Source: Magallana gigas (Eukaryota). From it: a stretch of DNA of 64,000 nucleotides. A model generated the notes under the pieces. The model ran no database searches, was not told the DNA's origin, and saw only the letters and a list, made by a program, of their open reading frames with translations. The stretch spans positions 50,530,001-50,594,000 of the forward strand of contig NC_088858.1 in NCBI RefSeq assembly GCF_963853765.1, given 5' to 3'. This document shows, one piece after another, positions 47,757-59,134 of this stretch. The number at the start of each line of letters is the position of its first letter. The first letter of the stretch is position 1. The position numbers and the translations under genes are program-made.

Positions 47757-48656
47757 GTCTCCCAAACGAAGTTTGGAGACTAATTGTTTATTCAAATTTA
47801 TTTTGATTGTTGGGAATATTGAAAATATTCAAAACTGACGTACGATTTTAAAGAATATTCTCCTTGGAAAGAGAGCTGTGAGTATAGGTCGGATTGCCAC
47901 TTGCGGAATCGAATCCAAGTCTTCTAAAATACAATAATTATTTATATAATGAACTTTACAACCAAAGACAACGTTGTTTCTTGCTTTATCAGCAGGGACC
48001 AGTACAAACAGATCGTGTAGTCTATATACTAATTATATAGTTACTTTCTAATTATATAGTTTCTTTTCTCATTACTAAAGTATCAAATATAAAAGAGTAG
48101 ATGATTTTCATTCTGGGCTTTATTCGCTTAATGCAGGATTTTGAATTGCATGGAACTTTTTTGGTCCATTTTGACAACGTACCAATGTCTTCTTTTTCAT
48201 GATTAAGCATGAGTAATAACTTTTTTGGCCTACACTTTGGATTTCAACTGACTTTGAAATTTGTGTTTCAATGTCTTTTATAGCTTTGTGTGGAGATTAT
48301 CCCGATGACTGCAAATAATTTGATGCTCTGGAAGATCACAATATGGTCTCTTCCTACACCTGACACCTGACTCTAAATGGACACCAACAATTTTCTCCAA
48401 ATGATATGTATGTTATCCTAGTTTGCAGCACTCCACCAAATGTAATTAAAATATTCATATTGAGAGCCGTTGCCGGTGCATATATGCATTCCTATTCTTC
48501 ACTAGTATTTCGTTGACCCAAACTGTTAACTGACACAGAGTATTCTAAGAACTCTTAAAAGCTAGTCCTGAAAGTTTCAACTGCAAATTGTCTTAAATAT
48601 GCATGATTGTTCAGGTGACTATAAAGAGAGAAGCTGACAGCTGACACCTATAATAT

Positions 48657-48850
48657 CGCAGCGCAGTGGGTAAGAGGTTTCAGTACGAATTTTTAAGTCA
48701 TTAGTTCGGATCCGCTAGGGATTTTAAATTTTATCATTTTCAAAAATGTTTAAAACGTATTTTTTGTTAAAATATTGTAAAATTTATAAACTCCTAAACC
48801 AGTGAAAGTATTTCAATTTTAATGTACTTTAATACAATATAATGATATCT
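48657..48850 (+). mobile_element. tRNA-headed SINE-like repeat (copy 2)
   Basis: A-box-like GCGCAGTGGGTAAG and B-box-like AGTTCGGATCC; homologous to 31655-31790. Confidence 0.55.
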
Positions 48851-49646
48851 ATTTTGTCTTAGTGTTCTTCACTTATCAAATTATACTATTCTAGAATATA
48901 TCCATTTATTCAAACTAGCATTAATAAACTAAAATAATCACAAATGTAAATTTGAATAAAACTATCTGTTAAAAATACTGAATTTTATTAAAATAAGTAC
49001 TAGGTTTGTTTTACTAAATAAGTAAATATATAATCCCAGATATTGTTAGTTCATCGTTCATCAAATGTGTCCCTGTGAAACCTTAAGAGTGTAATACCTA
49101 TCTTTTTATGTTTTATTGACTAAATCAAAGTCGTATTTTATGCATGAATTTTCAATAAAATTTTAATTGATTTATACACCTACAATAACTTTACATATGA
49201 TTCATTTATATTATATATATATATATATTGTAACAAATGGCCAAAGATGAAAGTATTAATTGATAAAAAAGGCAAAACCAACTTATTTAAATTATCTCCG
49301 TAGAAATGATTGGAAGGTAATATTACATTCTGTTAATTTAGTAATGCAATGTCTGCTCATGCGCTGGTATAGTAAATGACCCCCCCCCCCAAAAAAAAAA
49401 CCCCCAAAAACCACCAGAAAACACCACGATCACAATTATTTAGAGGTCTCTTGCCTTTTGTTCAATACATCATTTTCGCAGGGTTTTTTTTTGGACGAAA
49501 AGAAACCTTGAAAAACTATATCACAGTTTTTGTATTAGATTGTTCTGATAAAATCGACAGACAGCACGTGTGATGAATCTCGATACTATATATATAAATA
49601 GACAAATAAAAGAAAGTCGTTTATGAAGTTTTTTCCCTTGCATGCT

Positions 49647-49652
49647 TTTATT
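49647..49652 (-). terminator. Polyadenylation signal of Gly/Tyr gene 1
   Basis: AATAAA in ACAAAATAAA context, conserved in all four family members. Confidence 0.6.
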
Positions 49653-49726
49653 TTGTGTGTTAATAATGAAAACAGCGTTTTGAGGTACAATATAGTTTTC
49701 TTGAATGTCAAAAATGACTGGAGCCA

Positions 49727-49738
49727 TTAATAGTAGTT
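49727..49738 (-). CDS. Terminal coding piece (NYY*) of Gly/Tyr gene 1
   Basis: Acceptor T-run-gcAG (49739-49740), then AAC TAC TAT TAA. Confidence 0.75.
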   Translation of the reverse strand, partial: NYY

Positions 49739-50384
49739 CTGCAAAAAAAAAATTGTTGAAAAATACATTCATTAGGTATATAAACATATGATGCAAGATG
49801 TCATTTTTTAATTTTTTTGCTTGGAAATGATACTATGTCGACATTAATAAAAGAGTAACACAAGCAATGAAATAATTTTAAAGACATTAACGGGTAAAAA
49901 TACATGAATATATCTATACAGAGTAAACATTTGACCAAAAAGATCCCTAAAAATTATCCATTGTAGAACTGATTTGTAAAACAATCGAATCAATAAAAAA
50001 AACTTCGTTATCTCAACAAAGAAATATATTCTTATCACATGGAAAAAAAATTGATTACAAAAACAGTATTTATGCACAATATTGTTTTGATCTGAAACTA
50101 CATACAGTTAACCCATTTTAGTAGAAGAAGCTTAAATATCTTTTTGTAATAAAATTTAAAAAAGAGTTCTTATGTTTGTGATATTTAAAAAACCCATATT
50201 TTTCAGAACTATTTTCATTTTAAGCTTTGAATTAGACACACACATAAAAAAAACCCACGTATTCATAAAGCGGCGTAGGCCTCAACACATTGATTTTGAA
50301 TATATTAAACAAAAAGAAATGTTAATGAAATATCCTTTAGTATCCGTTATTTTTAGAATTATTTTTTAAGTATAATCAATTTAC

Positions 50385-50729
50385 CTTGCCTAGCCTGCTA
50401 TAGCCAAGGCCTCTTCCGTATAGTCCATTTCCGTACAGTCCGTTTCCATACAGGCCGTTTCCGTACATTCCTCCGTATAGACCATTTCCGTACAATCCCC
50501 CATACAGACCGTTTCCATAAAGACCACCATACAGACCGTTTCCATAGAGTCCACCATAGAGACTGTTGCCATAGAGACCGTTTCCATACAATCCATTTCC
50601 ATATAAACCGTTTCCATAGAGACTGTTACCGTAGTAGGGGTTGTAAAGTCCCTGACCGTAGCCGATGCCTCCGTAGTAGAAGCCAAAGGCCACAGAAAAA
50701 AGGGCCAGACAGCAGAGCAATCGGAACAT
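50385..50729 (-). CDS. Secreted Gly/Tyr/Asn-rich GNGLY-repeat protein, copy 1 (shematrin/prisilkin-like), main exon; 118 aa spliced
   Basis: Signal peptide MFRLLCCLALFSVAFG; AG directly before ATG; donor AAG|GTAAAT; non-coding exon 1 ends at 50824 (GTAGGC). Confidence 0.9.
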
Positions 50730-50887
50730 CTAAAGCAGGAGAATTGATGTTATTATTTCTGGGTATTGAGAAAATTATAGAATAAGCCAATGATAAAGTT
50801 TAGGATGAATCAATGTGGCCTACCTTGTTGATAATTAAAAAGGTCTTCGTTAAGATCCTGTGTGCTCAAAGGTTGTATGTGCAGGGG

Positions 50888-50895
50888 TATATATA
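50888..50895 (-). promoter_or_regulatory. TATA box of Gly/Tyr gene 1
   Basis: TATATATA 64 nt upstream of the exon-1 donor. Confidence 0.6.
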
Positions 50896-51885
50896 CTAAG
50901 AATCACATAAAAGTCAACCAAACATCATCAATAAAAACAATCGTAATTAACCACAATGTGACACAACTCCACCGAGGACATTTGTTTTCAACAAACATTC
51001 AACATTGATAAAGATGATTCATCATAGGAGGTCACATTTAAAAGACAATTTCATAATCATAAAAATGAAAAATATGGCAGGGTCATCAAGATAACGACGC
51101 AAATTTAAAGTTCATCCAGGTAAATGTTTATTCTACATATTGTGGTCCTCGTTTGTCACTAATTGCAAAATATGATTAAATGTACTATTTGTTCGTATCA
51201 TTTTCATTTAAATTTCCTGTTTTAGTACGATTTATTTAGAAGGAAATGATTGCTTACAAAACCATTTTTTAAAAATGTATAATTTGAAAAAAAAAATGTT
51301 TAAACCTTGCAGATAAAGCAAAAAGTTAAAACACCCCCTACCACCCCCCCCCCCCCCCCAAAGAAAATCCACCAATGTTAGGCTATTTTTTGATAAACAA
51401 TTCGTGGCATAAACATATAAAGATTTTTTTTCCTGGTGCATTACTCAGATTTGGTGATAGCACCTTTACGTAAACACTTTATCATTATTTTAAATTGGGG
51501 AATATTACACAAGCATAAACTTTAAAATCTAAAGTGTAAATAATAAAATTCGAGTATATATGTAATAAAAGTAATGTCAAAGCAAGAGGTGATAATAATG
51601 GTTTGTTATGTACGCTTTCTCAAAAAAGCCACACTTCGATTAATTGTGCTTTAGCGACAAACGATTGATTCTATAATATATTCGCAACAATCGTTTTCCC
51701 CTATCATTTTTAACGCCTCTTCAAATTTCATTTAATCCCTTGTAAAAATTTCAATAGATATATAAGAGGCGCTTTTATTTAGATGTTTAATAAAATCTTA
51801 AACGAAAATAAGTGAAATATATTATTCTTAAGATAAAATAAAAAAGTGAGACACAATGAACACAAGGAACAAAAAAAAATGAAGC

Positions 51886-51921
<36 letters not shown>

Positions 51922-52404
51922 GGCTGGAGCCTCTCCACCATTCCTGAAAATTTGAAAGCCTTTCTTTAAAACATTTTGAGAAAAACTGTGAACAAGCAAA
52001 AACATAAATCTTTATAATCTCGGGACTGGAAGTGACGACCAAAAAATTAAGTGTAAATTTTTTTTTTTACAAATTTTGTCCAGGATTAGATCTGAAAGCT
52101 TCATCGAAATTGGCGAAACCATTATTGAGAAAACGTTTAAAAAATGATCAAAGCTAGACGCGATCTCATTGTTATCAGCAAAAGTTCTTCCGCTTGAGTG
52201 CATTTGCTATTGGGAAAGTTGTTCTTCTCTATTATAATTTCTTAATTTTTCTTCAAATTCTATTTAACCCTTTCTAAGGATTTCAAATGACAATATTTAC
52301 ATTGAGAAAAGGCACTATTATATAGATTTTTGATAAAATTATAAACGGACATCAGTAAAATCCATAAGTTAAAAGACCAAGAAGCGAAACAATTAAAGAA
52401 CAAA

Positions 52405-52475
52405 AAAAATTCGGCTCTTGGAGAATGAACCCGGGTCGACTGAGCACAAGTCCACCACTCTCATGAATACGCCAT
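52405..52475 (-). mobile_element. Degenerate tRNA-derived SINE head
   Basis: Minus strand GTGGTGGACTTGTGCTCAGTCGACCCGGGTTCATTCTCC followed by a T-run; B-box-like, no complete cloverleaf. Confidence 0.35.
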
Positions 52476-53264
52476 GGAATCTGTCACTTCAGGGTTTTGG
52501 ATTCAAATTCTTCAGAATACATGGGTCGATTTTAGAACAAATTACATATTTTGAATTCATAAAAGGGTCGCTATTGAACAACTATTTAATTTTCAAAAGT
52601 TGATTTTTAATAATTGATAATTGATAGAAATGAAACAGAAATGAAAATATCTTACATTGTAAACTTAGAAATAATGCTAGACATCTTATTTCCCACGTAA
52701 AAAGTCAATTTATTCAGATGTACAGCTATGTCAAAATGTGGTCATTATGTAGAAGACACTAAACATTATTTTTGAAGTGTCCATATTATAATTAATTTTA
52801 AATCAACACCAATATTATTTAATTAATATACAAGTATACATGTATACTTGTATATAAATTAAATAATAATGGTGTTGATTTCGATCTTGAAACTCTCTTA
52901 TTTAAGGGGAAAAGTCAATATTCATATAAATTAAACTCTGATTTGTTTTTCTATTGTCCATGGATTTATTAAATATGCGAAGAGATTTTAGTACTGTATA
53001 TATATTTGACTTAAGTAATGCATGTAGATTCATTAATGTTTGGGTTTTATTCTTAATTCTATCAAGGCTAGGGCAATCAAATTATCTTTAGTATATTTTT
53101 TAAAATTCTTTTTTGCTTTTATTTACTTCTTAAGATGTTCATAACGTCTCATTGTATTTAAGCATAAGCCACATATATATGTATTGTGAAATCATTAAAT
53201 TTACTGTGACTCAATTTTCGTGGATTGCATATATTTTTCAGGTTCGTTGGGACGAAATTTCGTG

Positions 53265-53745
53265 AAAAAATGACAATAACAAACCGTGAACCATCTCAAA
53301 ATCCATAAAACGAAATACAAATTTAAATCAGAGCAACACGGACCTCCAAATAGATAGAGGTAGGATCAGGTGCCAAGGAGGAGTGAACATCCTCTGCTGA
53401 CCGGTCACATCCGTGTGCTCTTTGTCGTAATCGAAAAAAAATCGGAAAAGTCCGTAGACAATTAGGTGATTAATTGTGTTCTAACAATTAGTATGAAAAA
53501 CGTCAGTCAGCATGCGGCCCAGTGGAAGATTGTATTTGCTGACATGGTCGTTGTATCGACCATAGAACTTACGAAAAGATGACTTCAAGGGAGACTGTTG
53601 ATTGTCCTGTTTTATCAACTTGTTTGTCAGTAGCTTGCTTCGTCTTAGAAACTGTTCATGTACGAAGAGCATGCCATTGCGTATCGAATCACCTGAGAGA
53701 CTAAAACACCATATGCAGGTGATGGAGGTATATTGCTACATAAGT
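53265..53745 (-). mobile_element. 3' remnant of a retroelement (Penelope-like RT C-terminus + 3' UTR)
   Basis: Peptide EQFLRRSKLLTNKLIKQ..LKSSFRKFYGRYNDHVSKYNLPLGRMLTDVFHTNC*; homologous to 62134-62400. Confidence 0.6.
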
Positions 53746-54724
53746 AAGGAAAGTTGACTATAGAAAAATTGAAGTCATTGCGTTTATCATAAAGTTTTGT
53801 ATTTAGGTTACCATTTTTACCAGGTTTTTTATGACCACGTTTATGTCCATGTCCAGTAAAATATCCAAATATAAAACAGATGACGCAGACTTTTTTATTT
53901 CAAGTTCACTGAGATATATCGAGTCGACGTAAGTATGGAAATAACAATTGTTAATTGATAATACGTCGTCGACTCGATATACCTGAATGTTAAGTTGAAG
54001 GCCACAGCGAGTGATTTATTTGTTCACGTAAAGTTTGCTTCATAAGAATACAAAAATAGATCTGCTAACGATGGGGGCACAATTGGTACCCATGGGAATT
54101 CCAACAGATTGTTGGAAGACTTGATTTCCCAAAACTACATAGATATTGTCTATCAGAAACTCAAGCATCTTTTTATTGTCAACTTCAGAGTACTTGTGTG
54201 TGCAATCAGAATGTTTTTTAACAAAATAATTCTTGAGATTTCCAATGACAAGGTAATTAAATCTTACATTTTAGATCCCGACAACGATTTAAATAAATCT
54301 AAGAAAACAACAAAGCAGCAAGGTAACAACATGAAAAGTTTTTGATTCAGCTCATACTAACAAAGCTGTACATGTCAAACTTGTACGATCATGGTGTTTT
54401 CTTTCATTCCAGCAACCGTCTATTAGGCCAATTCAAAACAATATGTTCCATTTATACCGCAATAAAAACCTTACGTTATGCATTATCATCGTCTTCTAAA
54501 TAGTTAAGCTCTCAATGAAGTCTATAATACCAATAAGATTTTGGTAGTTAAACATTTTCTATCACGCTAAGCTTTCTGTTCTCTAAGAATTGCTGAAAAC
54601 ACGAAAAGATAAACATTTCTTATATTTAATAAATAACAAGCTATATTGAACGCATTTTTAAATATAAACACAAAAAAATTAATAAAAAAGAAATAAAAAA
54701 TAACAATCATACGGTGTAAAGTCA

Positions 54725-54730
54725 TTTATT
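54725..54730 (-). terminator. Polyadenylation signal of Gly/Tyr gene 2
   Basis: ACACAAAATAAA context. Confidence 0.6.
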
Positions 54731-54816
54731 TTGTGTCATTAAATACATTTTTATGAGTTATGTACACGGTCATGTTTGGCAAAAACAAATCCAAGACGTC
54801 CTTGTCGAACATTCCT

Positions 54817-54828
54817 CTAGTAATAGCT
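54817..54828 (-). CDS. Terminal coding piece (SYY*) of Gly/Tyr gene 2
   Basis: Acceptor ttttgattttcttttcAG, then AGC TAT TAC TAG. Confidence 0.8.
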   Translation of the reverse strand, partial: SYY

Positions 54829-54895
54829 CTGAAAAGAAAATCAAAACATATAACATAAAGAAAAACTATAAAAACAATTCTTCATGATTAACCTA

Positions 54896-55092
54896 TTGTA
54901 AACGTACTACATTTGGCTGTATATTCTATTTAGCGCTTTTGGCGGAATGCAACTTCCGCTAAATCAAGTACATCGCTAAATGCCATGCATGTATGTATAA
55001 GAACAAGAAAACGCTAATTCAAATACACGCCAACTTGTTCAAAAACTAATTACCGCAAAATAACGTACACGCAAAATATAATACGTTTACAG
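54896..55092. mobile_element. 197-bp TA-target MITE in intron 2 of gene 2
   Basis: TIR (C/T)TGTAAACGTA; TA TSD at 54894-54895 and 55093-55094; empty site AACC-TA-TTCGAAC in gene 3. Confidence 0.85.
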
Positions 55093-55119
55093 TATTCGAA
55101 CTTGCAATATTCAATTTAC

Positions 55120-55461
55120 CTTTCCAAGACGGCCAAGACCACTTCGATATCCATTTAGGCCTCCATACACATTGTTTCCATACAAGCCATTGTACAGACC
55201 GTTTCCGTAGAGTCCGCCATAGAGGCCGTTTCTGTAGATACCGTTTCCATATAGACCACCATACAGACCGTTTCCATAAAGCCCACCATAGAGACCGTTT
55301 CCATACAACCCATTACCATACAACCCGTTTCCATACAGTCCATTTCCATAGAGACTGTTACCGTAGTAGGGGTTGTAAAGTCCCTGACCGTAGCCGATGC
55401 CTCCGTAGTAAAAGCCAAAGGCCACAGAGAAAAGGGCAAGGCAACAGAGCAATCGGAACAT
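55120..55461 (-). CDS. Secreted GNGLY-repeat protein, copy 2, main exon; 117 aa spliced
   Basis: Same architecture as copy 1; exon 1 ends at 55593 (GTAAAG). Confidence 0.9.
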
Positions 55462-55647
55462 CTAAATCGAAAAACAATAAAAGAATAAAAAGTAGCTAAT
55501 AACTAACAACCATTTAAGTACATTGTTTTGAAAACAAACTACTTTCAAACGTATTTTTTTTTATTGGAGTACAATAACTTGTAAAACTTTACCTTTTGTC
55601 GGTCCTTGGTGGTTATCCAATATTGTTTGAAGCTCAGCCCGTTGAGA

Positions 55648-55655
55648 CTTATATA
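55648..55655 (-). promoter_or_regulatory. TATA box of Gly/Tyr gene 2
   Basis: TATATAAG 55 nt upstream of the exon-1 donor. Confidence 0.65.
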
Positions 55656-57361
55656 CTCACTAGCAGGTTAAACGTCATCGTAATCTGCGTTACGAAAGTG
55701 ATTGATATTAACCACAAGTTGCCATCACTCCGCCACAAGAACTTGTTAAACAATCGTCCAAACTACACTATTTATCAAAAAAGATTTTTAAATCAAACAT
55801 TTATTGCACTCACTCAAATGACAAGAAGGGTACCAACGTCCTACGCAGAAAAGGTAGAAATAGGTCAGTTGTGAAAGCGATTAAAAGCCCTCGGTTAAAG
55901 TCGCCTCATTTAAAAAAGATGATAAGTATCATTTTTATGCATTTTTTCATAATTCATTTCTATTCGACTTCTTGGTACATCCACTGTTTTGTTTATCCTA
56001 AATGTTGCTCTTTGATCATTTAAATTCAATATAAATGTGTCTATAAATGTTTATGATGGTTGCACAATGCTTGATTTATCTTGTTATATTTAGATATGTT
56101 AAAAACTAACATCAAAATGAATCTCAAGTGATTGGTTTCCGATAGTGGCTGAGTGATGATAAAGAAAGAAAAATATAAAGATTTGAAAGAAAAACAATCC
56201 ATAAAGTTATACTTGGTCCAAAATCTTTTTCAGGCAATATCAGGTTAAAAATTATAATGTTCAGATAAACGGTGTTATCTAACATTAAAGCAATCTCATT
56301 CATAAAATATATGTAATAAATTTTTCTTAAGTGGAGTAAAAATCCCCAGCGACAATATCTCCTTTGTGTACTCCAGCATATTTTAAAGGTATGTTTTCCT
56401 GGTTTAGAAAAGTCACAAATGTCTTTCCGATTCACCACTGACGTGAATGATAAATTAGTTTTGGGGGCACATTGACCAACACGTTGTTAATAATCTTACA
56501 TTAAAGAGTAATTTTTTTGTAACACATTTATTATTTAGACCAACATATGGAATATCTTTAGCCGAGGTTATTGCACGAGAGTTCAGTTACTTTGGATTAC
56601 AACTTTTCATTAATTACACAAAATAAACTGTATTTATGTTTCGTCAAAAAAGTATTTTGTTGAATTAATAAATGCGTTTTTAACCAGAATTGTATTTTTA
56701 ATTTTTTTCGAAAATCATTTCCAAAATGGATTTATGTATGAAATAAATGAATTATACAAATATCGTTTTGAAACTATAGAAAATAAAATATAACCTAGAA
56801 ATATCTTCTATACTTTTAGTGCACCTTTTCCGATATATTTTGCTATATTTGAACAACATCATATTTCTGAGAGGAAAATAAACACGCGAGAAGTGATCGA
56901 TAGATAAAATTGGGAAAATGGGGAAATTGTGCTGTAATCACATTGACTTTCAGGAAAAAGCTGACAGTTTTATCGAAAAAGAAAAGTAAATATACAGAAG
57001 TTTGCCTAATTTGGTATGTATTTCGATTTGAAGATAAGCGCTTTATTTTCTGTTTTAATTTTGTATTTAAAAGTCTTGTAGGCTTGGTATCTTCAGACGC
57101 TTACATTTAGACTCAAGTATCATTTAGTTTAAGGATCTTGCTCTCAATATTAACCTGTAATGGTTATGTATTGTAAATTCATAAGTAATTCTGATAACAT
57201 TCCACATGATGAAAACACAAATAAGATCCTTTTATTTTGTTTTTTCTTATAAGTTTTAATAAAGACTATTGACCACCATTAATATATGGCATCACAAATT
57301 TCATTACACTATACGATAAGGAAATTGTCCATATAGAAAAGCAGCTGCACAAAATCCTTAT

Positions 57362-58051
57362 TTAGTAGTTATCCTGTAAAACATAAAAAGTAAAATTTCT
57401 TGATGTTGTTGTTGAAACTAGATCATGTATACATCTTGATTAATGAAGTATTTTCACAATATTTCTACTTTGCCGTTGATAAATCCTCCAAGTCCTTTTC
57501 CACCTGAGATAAAAGTAACTGTTCCACCGTACCCTTTACCAAAACTGTTACCATATCCACCATTCAATCCACCGTATCCTCTATACAGATCAATCTATCC
57601 GGCCCAAAGCCACATTGTCTACCATATTCCAATCCGTATCCACCATTACTACCTCGGTATCCTCCATATCCCAATTGGTATCCACTATCACTACCACCGT
57701 ATCCACAATTACTACCTCCGAATCCACCATATCCACCAAATAACCCACTGTATCAACCTTTATATCTTCCGAGATAACAAAAGTATCCACTTTTGCTACC
57801 AGAAAGATCGCCTCCATTTATACCTTTTCCTCCCAGAAGCCCGACAATTCTGACAATTCCCTTTCCACCAAATCCCCCTCCATACCCCCAAAAAGGATGC
57901 CGTATCCACCTTTGCCTCCAAAGACATTTTTACCATAGAGACCGTCTTCATAGATATTGTTTCCTCCAAAAAATCCAACACCAACAACTCTTTTTCTTAA
58001 TAATGCATGAATCAAGAAGTATTTAAGAAAAATTACAAATTTTGAATTCAT
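57362..58051 (-). pseudogene. Decayed Gly/Tyr-rich (shematrin-like) gene
   Basis: GGY/GGKG-rich reading across two frameshifts (~57885, ~57600) and premature stops (~57750, ~57595); ends NGK|gtag, 95-bp intron, terminal GAT AAC TAC TAA (DNY*); ACAAAATAAA at 57231-57240. Confidence 0.75.
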
Positions 58052-58750
58052 TAAAGCGTCACTATTGATCAATTATTAAATTTTCAATACTTGATTTTAA
58101 CACGAAGTAGTGCATATTTATTCGACATAATAACCATAATAATCTTGGTGAAAATGTAAAAAAAAAAACTCTCCTTCATTTTTAATCCTTAGAACAAAGC
58201 TTAAATGCATGGACGTTACAACTTCATGTAAATATTTAAATATTGGTTACAGAAAAGACAATATCTTACCTTGTAAACTTAGAATACATTCATTTAAATT
58301 AAACTGTGATTTTTCCCCATTGTTTATGAATTTATTTAATCAACAGAGAAATTTTAGTACTGTGCATATATTTGACTGTTTAAGCTTTGCATATAGTTTC
58401 ATTTATTTTTGGGTTTTATTCTTCATTCTATCAAGGCTGGGACAATGAAATAATCTATTGTATATATTTCGTTTCTTTTTTTTTCTTTTTTTTTTACTAT
58501 AATTTACTTCATAAGATGTCAAAATGTATTTAAGTCATATATTTAAATATTTTCAATTTACTGATAATACTCAAAATACTATCAATTTAATGTGTATAAC
58601 TAGATCAAAATATTATAATGTAGATACTCATATATTATAATTATAGCTATACAATAAACAAATAATATACTTATCAAATTATTAAAATACATGATTATAG
58701 TTACACATGTATACTATTGAATATACTTATAAAATAAATCATAAATGTAC

Positions 58751-59124
58751 CTTTTTTTTTTATTACCAATCAATACAATAGTTCTATATAGAAAGACAAA
58801 CACACCAAGATGACTGAACAAAAACTTTCACTCTCACATTCATTCTAAATGTACAGTTACCACGGTTACTAAAGGGTTATATGATGCATGTCATAGTTAC
58901 GTGTTGATATAGATATATGTGTAATGCCCATTATAGCAAGTAAGTATATGGAGATGATTAAAAATAGTCAAACATGAATGTTTGCAATAAGATTCTCAAT
59001 AGTTTTCCACCTAGTAATAAATTCATCACATCTCATTTTTATTGCAAACAACTTTCTCTCTACCAAATACATGTAATATGCAAATAAATGTAACTTGACT
59101 CATTATACCAGAATAGGATATACC
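58751..59124 (-). mobile_element. Possible 3' remnant of an older L1/Tx1-type LINE, antisense to the younger insertion
   Basis: Poly(A) on the minus strand at ~58751-58765; frame YYMYLVERKLFAIKMRCDEFITRWKTIENLI resembles Tx1 ORF2 C-termini. Confidence 0.4.
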
Positions 59125-59134
59125 AAGATTATGT

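Noticed and set aside
48657-48730. Possible tRNA gene (also 31655-31715 and 52405-52475)
   Set aside because: Only A/B-box remnants without a full cloverleaf; repeated with a common tail, so SINE-like.
50376-50384. C-terminal VN* of the GNGLY proteins
   Set aside because: These bases are the GTAAATTGA start of intron 2 in all three copies.
50400-50640. Short direct repeats that might be called a CRISPR array
   Set aside because: Coding minisatellite with no unique spacers, in a eukaryotic context with no cas genes.
50390-50686. Met/Glu/Thr-rich alternative-frame ORFs (also 55155-55439, 62666-63124)
   Set aside because: Frame-shifted readings of the GGA AAC GGT CTC TAT repeat; no signal peptide or splice context.
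51232-52042. Poly-Gly ORFs
   Set aside because: Produced by poly-C homopolymer tracts in non-coding repeats.
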